A DNA stretch of 64,000 nucleotides, from positions 127,164,001 through 127,228,000 of the forward strand of contig CM059431.1 in NCBI GenBank assembly GCA_030390025.1, given 5' to 3'. Numbering within the stretch: position 1 is the first letter of the stretch; every line of letters begins with the position of its first letter. Source of the DNA: Squalus acanthias. Taxonomy: Eukaryota. The position numbers and the translations under genes were made by a program. This document shows positions 24,216 to 37,361 of the stretch, in pieces. The notes below the pieces were generated by a model. It was given only the letters and a program-made list of their open reading frames with translations. It ran no database searches and had not been told where the DNA came from.

Positions 24216-25605
24216 TCACAAGGGGACTCACTTGGGTGTTTTGTCTTTTTTTTCTGACTGTTCTTGGTTTATTATCCTTTTGTCATGTGTAAAAGAAAAA
24301 TTATGGCAAACCGTTGATTGTGTGGCCTATGTGTTCTGGGAAATGGAAAAAGCGCATTGAGGACTCAGGATGACTTGCTGTTGTAATACTGATGGTGAAA
24401 GTGATAGGAAATAACAGGGTCTATCAGAGATGATGTATGACATTGGACAAATGTCGCCTGCAACTACAGAGCCATATGGTGGCCACCTATGGTTGAAGAG
24501 TAAGCTTATGCTAATGTGGCATGGCAGTGTTGCATACCCTGCTTGACGGGCAGCAGTGAACTGGAGAGATGCTGCATTGGTCACAACAGGGCATGCAAGG
24601 CACCCCTCGTCCTCCTCCTCCTCCTCTTCCCAGGAAGATCTGCGTTGAGCCACGCAGCTGCTACTCCTCCGATTATGAGGACCAGGATGAGAGGGCATAA
24701 ATGTTTCCCATCCCCTTGCTATAGATTTCATTTGAGGCAACAAGATTGCAAGTGCACAGTCGAAGTGGCCTGAAATGATTCCATTCAGGTCACGCTGCAG
24801 ATGGGTGTCAGCTTGAACAGTCATAAGGTCAGTAGATGTGCAAAATCTTATCCCATACCTACAACCGCAAAGTTGTTGAATTTGAATGTCAGCCATGTTT
24901 CAGGGGCGCTTTTAATGTGCTCCACCAATGACTACAAATCATGTTCTCCAGCAACTCGTCTCCTTGAACCTGGCCTGTTTCTGACAAGTTGGGAAACAGG
25001 AGCCAGAAGCATGAAAATGGGAAACCACTATCAAAATAGGATTAGCAAGGCAGTTAACAGGCTGTTAACTGCCTTAACTACCTGTCCCACCGGTTCCAGT
25101 CGGGTCAGTTTGGGAGCAGCTAAACAGACACTCACAAAAATCAGGTGGGGGCGGGATGGAGGTGGGTTGGGTGTCTGAAGCCATTTCTTCCGATTTTTGC
25201 TACAGACCCGCCTCCAAACCCGCCTCCTCAGGGCTATTAAAATTGAGCCCAGGGTGCCCCTGCTCCAAAGGCAGATCAGAGGCACGAGAAGAGCCAAAGA
25301 GGAACAGGACAAACATTTTTTTTTAAATAATCCTAAAGGAACGTTGTGCCGCTGTTGAACCGGTAATCAATCCCCATCGATTGCCTATGCCTGTGTGACT
25401 TCTGGGGCCTCTCCAAGGGCCTCAATGCAACTCGTGCTAGCTCTCAGCTGGTGAGCATTCCACTGAGGCCTTACTAGGTTGATGTATGGGTAGTAAATGG
25501 AAAACATGCCCACTTCCTCTGGCCAGAATATAGGACAGAATTGGGTTCCACTTGAAATTCTAGGCCCCCGTTGGCCAATAAAACCACTCTGCGACAAAAC
25601 TAATA

Positions 25606-26295
25606 GGGAAATTTTAACTCCTGGGCCTCATCTGCATGCCGTCATCGGTTTCCCACACAAAACGAGCAGGAAGCAACAGTTAAAATCAGCCAGATAACTC
25701 ACCTGCCGAGTTGTGCCTGGATCCCAGCATCTTCCATTTTAACCTGCGCTTCTAAACAGGCGGCAAAGGAATCCACCTTAAACCAGTCGTGTCAATCTTT
25801 AAAAAAGCAGATCAGGGTCCAATGACATCGTCGGGCCCCAATTCCAATTTTAACTGATGCAGCTTTCCCGCCAGGTGAAGACAGCCAAAAGAGGATCCGG
25901 GAGCAGAAGAGGCCATTTAAAGTAAGTTTTTTCAATTTCCTTGTGAGCAGTCCTGCTCCTCTGAGTCACACAAAGAACCGTTAGGTCTCCCTTGCCCAGG
26001 ACATCCCCGCTTCCCTCTCACATGGGATCCTCCTGAAGCCCCCTCCCTGTGACTTTCCTACCTGTCAGCAAGCCTTCCTTTTGGTGCCGACTGGCGCTTC
26101 CTGCCGGCCTAACCTCCACTCTCGCCAATTGGTCTGATGCTGCTTCCTGCCCGTTTTGTGTGGGCAACTGATGGGTGGCATGCAGATGAGGCCCAGGAGT
26201 TACAATTTCCCAGCCTCACACTGCCGAGGTTGGGCATGTTTGGCCCTTGGCCTGCTCCTCAACTGTCCAATCCCATCCCCGGTAAAAATTCCTCA
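25606..26295. mobile_element. MITE-like element containing a ~73-bp inverted repeat (25606-25678 / 26138-26211)
   Basis: Arms are reverse complements with about 7 differences; internal motifs are shared with other MITEs. Confidence 0.7.
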
Positions 26296-26559
26296 TTAAG
26301 CTTTTTTTCTTGAAAGGATTCATTGACTGTTTCAATCCTCTCACTGATATTGGATATCAACTTTGCATCAGATCATAACGTGAATGAGAAATATATGAAT
26401 GTAGTGCATAATAAATAACTGTTTTAATCTCTGTTTCCATTTATGGCCTTCATCACCCATTTAACAAAGTGTCTCGATACAATCAAACACATATTCATAC
26501 TTCGCTTCTTTCCTCAGTATGTAAAAGCAAAACCATTTAAATTTGTTCCACATAAATAT

Positions 26560-28423
26560 ATATAAGTATATTAAGGGCAAGAGTATAACCAGGGAAAGAG
26601 TAGGGCCCATTCGGGACCAAAGTGGCAATCTGTGTGTAGAGCCGGAAGATGTGGGTGTGGTTTTAAATGAATATTTTGCATTTGTGTTCACTATGGAGAA
26701 GGACGATGTAGGCATAGAAATCAGGCAGGGGGATTGTGATATACTTACACAAATTAGTATTGAGAGGGAGGAGGTACAAGCGGTTTTAGCGGGCTTAAAA
26801 GTGGATAAATCCCCAGGCCCAGACGAGATGTATCCCAGATGTATCCCAGCATCTGCAGTATTTTGCTATCGAGATGTATCCCAGGCTGCTTTGTGAGGCA
26901 AGGGAGGAGATTGCAGAGGCTCTGATACAAATTTTCAGAACCTCTCTGGCCACAGGGGAGGTGCCAGAGGACTGGAGGACAGCTAACGTAGTACCATTAT
27001 TCAAGAAGGGTAGTAGGGATAAACCAGGGAACTACAGGCCAGTGAGCCTAACATCAGTGGTCGGGAAATTATTGGAAAAAATTCTGAGGGACAGAATTAG
27101 TCTCCACTTGGAGAGGCAAGGATTAATCAAGGATAGTCAGCATGGCTTTGTCAGGGGGAGATCATGTCTAACCAATTTGATTGAATTTTTTGAGGGGGTG
27201 ACTAGGTGTGTGGATGAGGGTAGTGCATTTGATGTAGTCCACATGGACTTCAGTAAGGCTTTTGACAAAGTCCCGCATGGGAGACTGGTCAAGAAGGTAA
27301 AAGCCCATGGGATCCAGGGCAATTTGGCACATTGGATCCAAAATTGGCTTAGTGGCAGGAGGCAGAGGGTGATGGTCGAAGGTTGTTTTTGTGACTGGAA
27401 GCCTGTGTCCAGTGGTGTACCACAGGGATCGGTGCTGTTTGTAGTGTACATTAATGATTTAGATATGAATGTAGGAGGTATGATCAGTAAGTTCACAGAT
27501 GACATGAAAATTGGTGGAGTGGTAAATAGCGAGGAGGGAAGCCTTCGGCTGCAGGATGATATCGACGGGTTGGTCAGATGGGTAGAACGGTGGCAAATGG
27601 AATTTAACCCTGAAAAGTGTGAGGTGACGCATTTTGGGAGGACTAACAAGGCTTGGAAATACACAATGAATGGTAGGATCCTAGGAAGGACAGAGGATCA
27701 GAGGGACCTTGGTGTGCATGTACATAGATCCCTGAAGGCAGCAGGACAGGTAGATAAGGTGGTTAAAAAGGCATATGGGATACTTGCCTTCATTAGCCGA
27801 GGCATAGAATATAAGAGCAGGGAGGTTATGATGGAGCTGTACAAAACGATAGTTAGGCCACAGCTGGAATACTGTGTGCAGTTCTGGTCGCCACACTATA
27901 GGAAGGATGTGATTGCATTGGAGAGGGTGCAGAGGAGATTCACCAGGATGTTACCTGGGCTGGAGCACTTCAGCTATGAAGAGAGACTGGACAGGCTGGG
28001 GCTGTTTTCCTTAGAGCAGAGAAGGCTGAGGGGGGATCTGATTGAGGTGTACAAAATTATGAGGGGCCTATATAGGGTAGATAGAAAGGAACTTTTCCCC
28101 TTAGTAGAGGGGTCAATAACCAGGGGGCATAGTTCCAAGGTAAGGGACAGGAGGTTTAGAGGGGATTTGAGGAAAAACTTTTTCACCCAGAGGGAGGTTG
28201 GAATCTGGAATTCACTGCCTGAAAGGGTGGTAGAGGCAGGAACCCTCACAACATTCAAGAAGCATTTAGATGAGCACTTGAAATGCCATAGCATACAAGG
28301 CTACGGACCAAGTGCTGGAAAATGGGATTAGAATAGATAGGGCTTGATGGCCTGCGCGGACACGATGGGCCGAAGGGCCTCATTCTGTGCTGAATAAATC
28401 TATGACTCTATCTATGACTCTAT
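26560..28423 (+). mobile_element. CR1 LINE (HER1-like), 5'-truncated
   Basis: RT ORF plus the 3' tail GATGGGCCGAAGGGCC...CTATGACTCTAT repeats. Confidence 0.95.
26874..28331 (+). pseudogene. CR1 ORF2 reverse transcriptase region (485 aa open)
   Basis: NYRPVSLTS, DFSKAFDKV, GVPQGSVL, KFTDD; lacks the endonuclease and the usual GPL after GSVL. Confidence 0.9.
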
Positions 28424-31184
28424 AAATAGCTTTCTTTCGTTAATCCATCTCGCCTTCATTTGTAGCTCTTTTTTATGGAGAGAAGTTTAAAAAAAAGGTA
28501 ACATATTTTGATACAAATGGATGATAAAAGCAAAGTTGCACCTAATTGTTTAAAAGGAGGAATATGCCATCATCATCATATTATAAAATGCTAGGAAAAT
28601 TAAGGACTTTAGTAGGTGCCTTGAAACCCCTTCAGCATTTGTACCCACCATTATGTCTGTCATTAGTATTTGACATTCACAAAGCTCCAGATGTTATGCC
28701 AATCTATTACAAACATTCGACTTATGTTGTCGTGCTTCCACAATAACTTCCCACACTGTAAATACAGTGTTGTTCAATGGATGACAGAAAGATTTCACTA
28801 CATGTGACACTCATTCAGAGTGATAAGCAAAGATCACATTGAGGCATACAAAGCATGGCATCATCCAGATGTTCGGATATTATAAAGCAAATCTCAATGT
28901 GGGCTCCTCCTTAACATTTGTGCATCAAAATGTAATTTTATCAGGAGCTTAAAATAACAATTGATTCGGCCCAGAAGTTGCCAGAAGAAAACAGTCCGTA
29001 ATCAGCCAAACCTATTTCTATCTACCATGTCACTGAGTTTTGCCTATACAGAAAAATTGTAAAATGCTTCTCAGATATCTAAGTGGAGATTTTCTGCATA
29101 GAGGAAAAATAAATGGCTTAGTGTTTTTAATCTCCTTCACTCTTAACGCTCTTGTGATTTCCTGCAAGATGGGCTGCTCAATCCATATCACTCAACATGC
29201 TGCATGCAGGTATTTCAACGTATTGAAGCTGGCATGGGATGTTTTAGCAGTGTATGAAAAGGCATCTGTATGGAATAGATTTTTTTTATGAGCTTCATTT
29301 CATTGTTTTGATGGTGCGAATTTCATTTTCTTGAAGGAAAATTTAGTTCCGATGCTGCTTCCTCAGAAATAATAGCAACCTTCCCACAATGTTTATGTAA
29401 AAACGTGGGCAACATAACAACTGATCGCCTCAGAAAATATCTTGGCTAAATGTTATGGGGGTTACCTTAAGTTCATATTGTGGCACATTACCTATGGAAA
29501 TGCATTTCAGCTCCCCATCTTCCACCACCTCACCCCCTCAAAGATGCAGAATTATATTAGAGTACACTTGGAATTGATTAAGTAGCTTTTATACTGTATT
29601 GGAAATAACAAGCTTTAAGTGCATATACTTGGAAAAGTGCCCTAGCTTTCTCAGTACACATCTGGAAAGCACAGTATCAAAGCAGAGAAAATATACTTTA
29701 ATAAAATGCTGTTAAATTGTGAATTTCTTGCTATTTTTATCCTTAGCCACTGTTATGTTGCCTGAAAGGTGAAACATTTCATTGCATTGAGCAGCGTGGA
29801 TACCAAAGCTATTAACCTGACAGACATCCAATCAATACTATCCCATATTTAATTAAAAGTTGCCTCTAGATGCACGTTGGGGTTTCGCAGCTCATCGGTA
29901 ATATGCCTAATTTCGCGTCAGCTTCCAGGCTCCAGCTTCTGGCATTCGCTCCCAGCTTCCAGGCCTGAAAACGGGCCGAAACTACTAAGTTTCAGATGAA
30001 GAACAATCTGCTCTTCCACAGTGGTGACATCTCAGACTAACATAAAGATTCAGACAATTTCATTAGAATTCTCATGCCAGCAAAATAGTTACTTAAATTT
30101 CCCCTTATGCTATGCACCATTCCTGGACCATAAAGTTGAGCAATGGATTGCTCCCAGGATTCTGCCATTGCCTTTCTGGAGTTGCTCACTGACGTTGTGC
30201 AAGAGCAACTGGATGAATTGTCCTTTTTTTTAACTTTCCTCTCTTCTTGGTGAATTGCCTGGTTGTACTCATTGCCGACTCTTAACAGCATGGCACAAAT
30301 CATAAACCCATAAGCCATAAACGCACCATGTGGGGATCGGCCCCGGGAACTACCATCACAGCACTCCATGTTTCATTGGCAACAGTACAGCTGACTGTGC
30401 AATCACATTATTAGCTTTCAAGTAACTGTTGTAATATTTCAGAAGTAGCCATTCCCAGATATACACGGCGATGAGTGTGTTTCACAGTCCCTATTGGATT
30501 CAATCAATGCTACTTGTAGTAAGAAACCTTAGGCACACATCAGGCACACAAAAGGATCCTGGCTACATAAAGGAGAAATGATGACTCAGGTCCAAGGTCT
30601 GTTGGAATAGGGTAAACACTTCAATTCTTTTTCTCATAGAACAGCATGTAGAAATGGATGTGCCCACTTTGCAGACTGAAGTGTATGCCCAGAGTCACAA
30701 AGATAAAGATAACAGCAGTAATACTGAATATCTGGTGGGATACTTCTCTCAACTGGAGTTACTTTTAGTATCAACAGTGAACTTGGCGGATTTGCTGATA
30801 ACACCAGTGTCCCTGCCATTGGTCTATATTAAAAATAGAAGGATCCTGAAACTGATCTCTGGGATATGTTTTTTAAACCAAATATTAATCTAGCACCACA
30901 TTTTAATCCCACTCCTTGTTTTAGACATTAATCATCAATGTGGAACAATGTCAAAAGTTTTCTGAAATTCAAGGCTAGTATCAATTACATTTTTGATGTC
31001 CACTATGTCTCTAACATCTAGAACAAAACATTCTCCGTTCAGTTAAATATGACCTCCTTGTACAGAAGCTGATGGTGCACCTTTAACAGTGGGCACCCTT
31101 TTTATGGAAAGCCATGCCACAAATGCTTGGCAGGCTGAGCCATAACCCTCAATTAGGGATTATTTCGAAGCTAAAAGCAATTAT

Positions 31185-31931
31185 GAGCCAGAATTTGCTG
31201 CCAAAATAATGGTGAATTGAAGGTGCATATCATCATTAGAGTGTAAAACATCCAGCAATTTTTGGCGAGGAAGAGATACACTGTGAGTTGCAAATCACCA
31301 CAAATTGCTGGACGATTTATGGCACTCCTCTGTTAGCCTTTTAAAAACGAGATCTCGCTGTCAAGCTCCACGTGAGTTTCAAGAAATTACTGGATTTGCG
31401 TCGTAAATATGAATTAAACTCGTCGCAGAAAGATAGAACCAGTACTTAATAACGTAAGGATCCTTTTAATCACAAGATATATGTTCCTGCACTGCCACTC
31501 AACCTCTCTGGCCCACAGAGGGAAGAACTGTAGGGTTTCACTCCTGCAGGTAGTAAATTGTTCCTAGATATTTTATAAATTTTAAATTTTACTTTTCTTT
31601 TCTGTCTCTTCATTTACTGTCTCTGAAAACAATCTTTCTTTCCTTCTCTTTATTTCGGTTTCTGTATCTAACTTGACTCTAATTCCCCCTATTTCCTTCT
31701 CTGTCGTTTGCTCTGTTTCTTTCTCTATCCTTAAATTTAATTGGTTAAGAAGATAGACTATTGGTCCCATTGTTCACCAAAGTCCCAGATGCCCTATTGA
31801 CCTCGCCACACCGTTATCAACTCGCAATTCCAGCAATTTGCAGCGCAGAATTAATTGGAGCTGAAAGGTGAAGACAAAAGGCAACTCACTGCGCCCACCA
31901 CGAAACACCCTGCTCCAGCAAATTCTAGACC
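31185..31931. mobile_element. Harbinger-like MITE
   Basis: TIRs GAGCCAGAATTTGCTG / CAGCAAATTCTAGACC; TSD TAT. Confidence 0.8.
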
Positions 31932-32080
31932 TATGTCTTTTGGGGAAGTTAATGAAATCTATCATCAGGGACAGAGTGACTGAGCATTTCAACAAGTATG
32001 AGCTGATCAAAGATAGTCAGCATGGATGTGTGAAGGGTAAGTCATGTCTGGCTAAATCTAGTTGAATTTTTTGAAGAGGT

Positions 32081-34743
32081 GGCCGTAGTATATAGGCCTC
32101 CTAATAGTTGCAACTCTGTTGGAAGAAGTATTAATCAGGAAATAGTTGGGGCATGTAATAAGGGAACAGCTATAATTATGGGGGATTTTAACTATCATAT
32201 TAACTGGACAAATCAAATTGGGCAGGGCAGCCTTGAGGAAGAGTTTATTGAGTGTCTTAGGGATGGATTTCTTGAGCAGTATGTAACTGATCCTACAAGG
32301 GGGCAAGCAACCTTGGACCTGGTCCTGTGTAATGAGTCTGGATTGATTAATAATGTCCTAGTTAAGGATCCCCTTGGAATGAGTGACCATAACATGGTTG
32401 AATTCCATATCCAATTAGAGGGTGAGAAGGTTGGTTCTCAAACAAGCATACTGAGCTTGAATAAAGGAGACTATGATGGCATGAGAGCAGAATTGATTAA
32501 AGTGGACTGGGAAAATAGATTAAAGGGTAAGATGGTACATGAGCAGTGGTGTTCATTCAAGGAGTTATTTTACAACTTTCAAAATAAATATATTCCACTG
32601 AGGAAAAAAGGGTGTAAAAGAAATGACAGCCATCCATGGCTAAGTAAAGAAATTAAAGAAAGTATCCAACTAAAAACAAGGACATATAAGGTAGCCAAAG
32701 TTAGTGGGAGGATAGAAGATTGGGAAGTCTTCAAAAGACAACAAAAAGTAACTAAAGGATTGATTAAGAAAGGGAAAATAGACTATGAAAATAAATTAGC
32801 AAAAAATATAAAAACAGATAGCAAGAGTTTCTATAGTTATATTAAAAGAAAAAGGGTGGTTAAGGCAAACGTAGGTCCCTTAGAGGATGAGACCGGGAAA
32901 TTAATGGTGGGAAACATGGAGATGGCAAAAATGCTGAACAAATATTTTGTTTCAGTCTTTACGGTAGAGGACAGTAAGAATATCCCAACACTGGACAAAC
33001 AGGGGGCTCTAGTGGGGAGGAGCTAAATACGATTAAAATCACTAAGGAATTGGTACTCAGTAAAATAATGGGACTCAAGGCGGATAAATCCCCTGGATCT
33101 GATGGCTTACATCCTAGGGTCTTGAGGGAAGTGGCAGTAGGAATTGTGGATGCTTTGGTAATAATTTTCCAAAACTCCCTGAACTCAGCAAAGGTCCCGG
33201 CAGATTAGAAAACTGCTAATGCAACACCCTTATTTAAAAAGGGTTGTAGGCAGAAGGCTGGAAATTATAGACCAGTTAGCCTAACATCTGTGGTGGGTAA
33301 AATTTTGGAGTCTATTATTAAGGAGACAGTAACGGAACATTTAGATAAACATAATTTAATAGGACAAAGTCAGCATGGCTTTATGAAGGGGAAGTCATGT
33401 CTGACAAATTTGCTCGAGTTCTTTGAGGACATAACGTACAGGGTGGATAAAGGGGAACCAGTGGATGTAGCGTATTTAGACTTCCAGAAGGCATTCGACA
33501 AGGTGCCACATAAAAGATTATTGCTCAAGATAAAAAATCACTGGATTGGGGGTAATATTCTGGCATGGGTGGAGGATTGGTTATCTAACAGGAAGCAGAG
33601 AGTTGGGATAAATGGTTCATTCTCGGACTGGCAACCAGTAGCCAGTGGTGTTCCGCAGGGGTCGGTGCTGGGTCCCCAACTCTTTACAATCATAATTAAC
33701 GATTTGGAGGAGGGGACCGAGTGTAACATATCAAAGTTTGCAGATGATACAAAGATGGAAGGGAAAGTAGAGAGTGAGGAGGACATAAAAAACCTACAAG
33801 GGGATATAGACAGGCTGGGTGAGTGGGCAGAGATTTGGCAGATGCAATACAATATTGGAAAATGTGAGGTTATGCACTTTGGCAGGAAAAATCAGAGAAC
33901 AAGTTATTATCTTAATGGCGAGAAACTGGAAAGTACTGCAGTACAAAGGGATCTGGGGGTCTTGGTGCAAGAAAATCAAAAAGTTAGTATGCAGGTGCAG
34001 CAGGTGATCAAGAAAGCCAATGGAATGTTGGCTTTTATTGCTAGGGGGATAGAATATAAAAACAGGGAGGTATTGCTGCAGTTGTATAGGGTATTGGTGA
34101 GACCGCACCTGGAGTACTGCATACAGTTTTGGTGTCCATACTTAAGAAAAGACATACTTGCTCTCGAGGCAGTACAAAGAAGGTTCACTCGGTTAATTCC
34201 GGGGATGAGGGGGTGGACATACGAGGAGAGGTTGAGTAGATTGGGACTCTACTCATTGGAGTTCAGAAGAATGAGAGGCGATCTTATTGAAACATATAAG
34301 ATTGTGAAGGGGCTTGATCGGGTGGACGCGGTGAGGATGTTCCCAATGATGGGTGAAACTAGAACTAGGGGACATAATCTTAGAATAAGGGGCTGCTCTT
34401 TCAAAACTGAGATGAGGAGAAACTTTTTTACTCAGAGGGTAGTGGGTCTGTGGAATTTGCTACCCCAGGAAGCTGTGGAAGCTACTTCATTAAATAAATT
34501 TAAAACAGAAATAGACCGTTTCCTAGAAGTAAAGGGAATCAGGGGTTACGGGGAGCGGGCTGGAAATTGGACATGAGTTTGAGTTCGGATCGGTGGCGGA
34601 GCCGAGTGGCCTGGTCCTGCTCCTACTTGTGTTCTTTAGAGTTGAGGTTGGATCAGATCAGCCATGATCTCATTGAATGGCGGAGCAGGCTCGAGGGGCC
34701 GATTGGTCTACTCCTGCTCCTATTTCTTATGTTCTTATGTTCT
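32081..34743 (+). mobile_element. Younger CR1 LINE with partial endonuclease and full RT
   Basis: VYRPP, MGDFN, SDH (EN; ORF 32079-33026), KFADD (RT; ORF 33290-34576), frameshift at ~33020, tail TTCTTATGTTCTTATG. Confidence 0.95.
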
Positions 34744-35397
34744 AGGTCACTAGCATGGTGAATTGGGGAATGCCTATAGATGCTATCTATATGGAGTTCC
34801 AGAGGCATTTGATAAGGTTCTACACAAGGGATTGTTAGTAAAAATGAGAGCGCATGGAATTGGAGGTAACCTTATGATATGAGTTAGAAATTGGTTGGGA
34901 GGGAGGAGACAGAGAATAGGGATAATGGAAATGTACTCTGATTAGCAGGATGTGACAAGTGATGTTCCCCAGGAGTCTGTACTGGGGCTTCAGCTTTTCA
35001 CCATATATAAGTGTGAGGTCATCAACTTTGGATCCATGAAAGGCAGATCAGAATTTTTTATTAATAACGAGAGACTAGGAACTGTGGAAGAGCAAAGGTA
35101 CTTGGGTGTCTAGGTACATAAATCATTAAAAGCGCGTGCACAGGTACAAAAAGTAATCACAAATGCTGATGGAATATTGACCTTAACTCAAGAGGGTTGG
35201 AATTCAAAAGTGAGGAAGTTATTCTTCAGTTGTATAGAGCTTTGATGAAACCCCGTCTGAAGAATTGCATTTAGTTCTAAGCACCATAGCTCAGGAATGA
35301 TATATTGGCCTTGAAGTGGGTACAGCTCAGATTCACTAGAATGACACCAGGCCTTAAAGGGTTAAATAATGAGAACAGTTTGCATAAGTTTGGCTCT

Positions 35398-37361
35398 GGT
35401 GGGAGAACGGTAGCATAGTGGTAATGTCACTGGGCTAGTAATCCAGAGGCCTGGACTAATGATCCAGAGACGTGAGTTCAAATCCCACCATGGCAGCTGG
35501 GGAATTTAAATAAATCTGGAATAAAAAGCTAGTATCAGTAATGGTAACCATGAAACTATTGGGTTGTCATAAAAACCCATCTGGTTCACTAATGTCCTTT
35601 AGGGAAGGAAATCTGCCATCCTTACCTGTGGGTCTGGAGTCACATATAGGCCATACCAGGTCCAGGTCAGATACCCACAGCAATGTGGTTGACTCTTAAC
35701 TGCCCTCTGAAATGGCCTAGCAAGCCACTCAGTTGTAACAAACCGCTACGAAAGACAATAATAAGAATGAAACCGGACGGACCACCCGGCATCGAATTTG
35801 GCACCGGCAAAGGACACAGCAATGGCACAACCCAGCCCAGTCGACCCTGCAAAGTCCTCCTCACCAACATCTGGGGACTTATAGTCGGGAAGGAGTGGCC
35901 CTGGGAGTCCTCAACATTGACTGCGGACCCCATGAAGTCTCATGGCTTCAGGCCAAGCATGGGCAAAGAAACTTCCTGCTGATTACCACCTACTGCCCTC
36001 CCTCAGCTGATGAATCAGTACTCCTCCATGTTGAACACCACTTGGAAGAAGCATTGAGAGTAGCAAGGGCACAAAATGTACTCTGGATGGGGGACTTCAA
36101 TGTCTCAGTTGCACCACTGCTGGCCAAGTCCTGAAGGACATAGCTGCCAGTCTGGGCCTGCAACAGGTGGTGAGAGAACCAACACGAGGGAAAAACCTAC
36201 TTGACCTCGTCCTCATCAATCTACCTGTCACAGATGCATCTGTCCATGACAGTATTGGTAGCAGTCATTGTGGAGAGGAAGTCCTGTCTTCACACTGAGG
36301 ACACCCTCCATCGTGTGTGTGGCACTACCAGCCTGCTAAATGGGATAGATTCAGAACAGATCTAACAGCCCCAGGACATCACTGCAGGAGTTCCTCAGGG
36401 CAGTGTCCTCGGCCCAACCATTTTCAGCTGCTTCATCAATGACCTTCCCTCTAACATAAGGTCAGAAATGGGGATGTTCTCTGATGACTGCACAGTGTTC
36501 AGTGCCATTCACAACTCCTCAGATAATAAAGCAATCCATGCCCACATGCAACAAGACCTGGACGACGTTTAGGCTTGGGCTGATAAGTGGCAGGTAACAT
36601 TCGCGCCACAGAAGTGCCAGGCAATGACTATCTCCAACAAGCGAGAGTCTAACCACCGCCCTTGACATTCAACAGCATTACCATCGCCGAATCCCCCACC
36701 ATCAACATCCTGGGGGTCACCATTGACCAGAAACTTAACTGGACCAGCCACAGAAATACTGTGGCAACAAGAGCAGGTCAGAGGCTAGGTATTCTGCGAC
36801 GAGTGTCTCACCTCCTGACTCCGCAAAGCATTTCCGCCATCTACAAGGCTCAAGTCAGGAGGGTGATGGAATACTCTCCACTTGCCTGGATGAGTGCAGC
36901 TCCAACAACACTCAAGAAGCTCGACACCATCCAGGACAAAGCAGCCCGCTTTGAACATTCACTCCCTCCAACACCGGCGTACCGTGGCTGCAGTGTGTAC
37001 CATCTACAAGATGCACTGCAGCAACTTGCCAAGGCTTCTTTGGCAACACCTCCCAAACCCGCGACCTCTTCCACCTAGAAGGACAAGGGCAGCAGGCGCA
37101 TGGGAACATCACCACCTCCAAGTTCCCCTCCAAGTCACACACCATCCTGACTTGTAAATATATCACCGATCCTTCATCGTCGCTGGGTCAAAATCCTGGA
37201 ACTCCCTACCTAACAGTACTGTGGGAGTACCTTCACCACACGGACTGCAGCGGTTCAAGAAGGTGGCTCACCACCACCTTCTCAAGGGCAATTAGGGATG
37301 GGCAATAAATGCTGGCCTTGCCAGCGATGCCCACATCACATAAAAATGAATTAAAAAAAAA
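35398..37361 (+). mobile_element. LINE family B copy with a tRNA-derived 5' head, EN and RT remnants (internally deleted) and an A-tail
   Basis: Head with A/B boxes, then VLLTNIWGL, TTYCPPS, MGDFN (EN), GVPQGSVLGP, FSDD (RT), the 3' tail and poly-A. Confidence 0.88.
35411..35485 (+). promoter_or_regulatory. RNA polymerase III type-2 internal promoter (A box TAGCATAGTGG 35411-35421; B box GAGTTCAAATCC 35474-35485)
   Basis: Matches the TRGCNNARYGG and GTTCRANNC consensus at tRNA-like spacing. Confidence 0.8.

Larger units (their letters stand above)
21240..25250. mobile_element. PIF/Harbinger transposon C (divergent family; transposase largely deleted)
   Basis: TIRs GGGCTCGATTTTAAT / ATTAAAATTGAGCCC with extended subterminal similarity; TSD AGG (21237-21239, 25251-25253). 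Confidence 0.9.

Noticed and set aside
35401..35490. Functional tRNA gene (also 43445-43518)
   Set aside because: A and B boxes are present, but no convincing cloverleaf or terminator follows, and both continue into retroelement bodies
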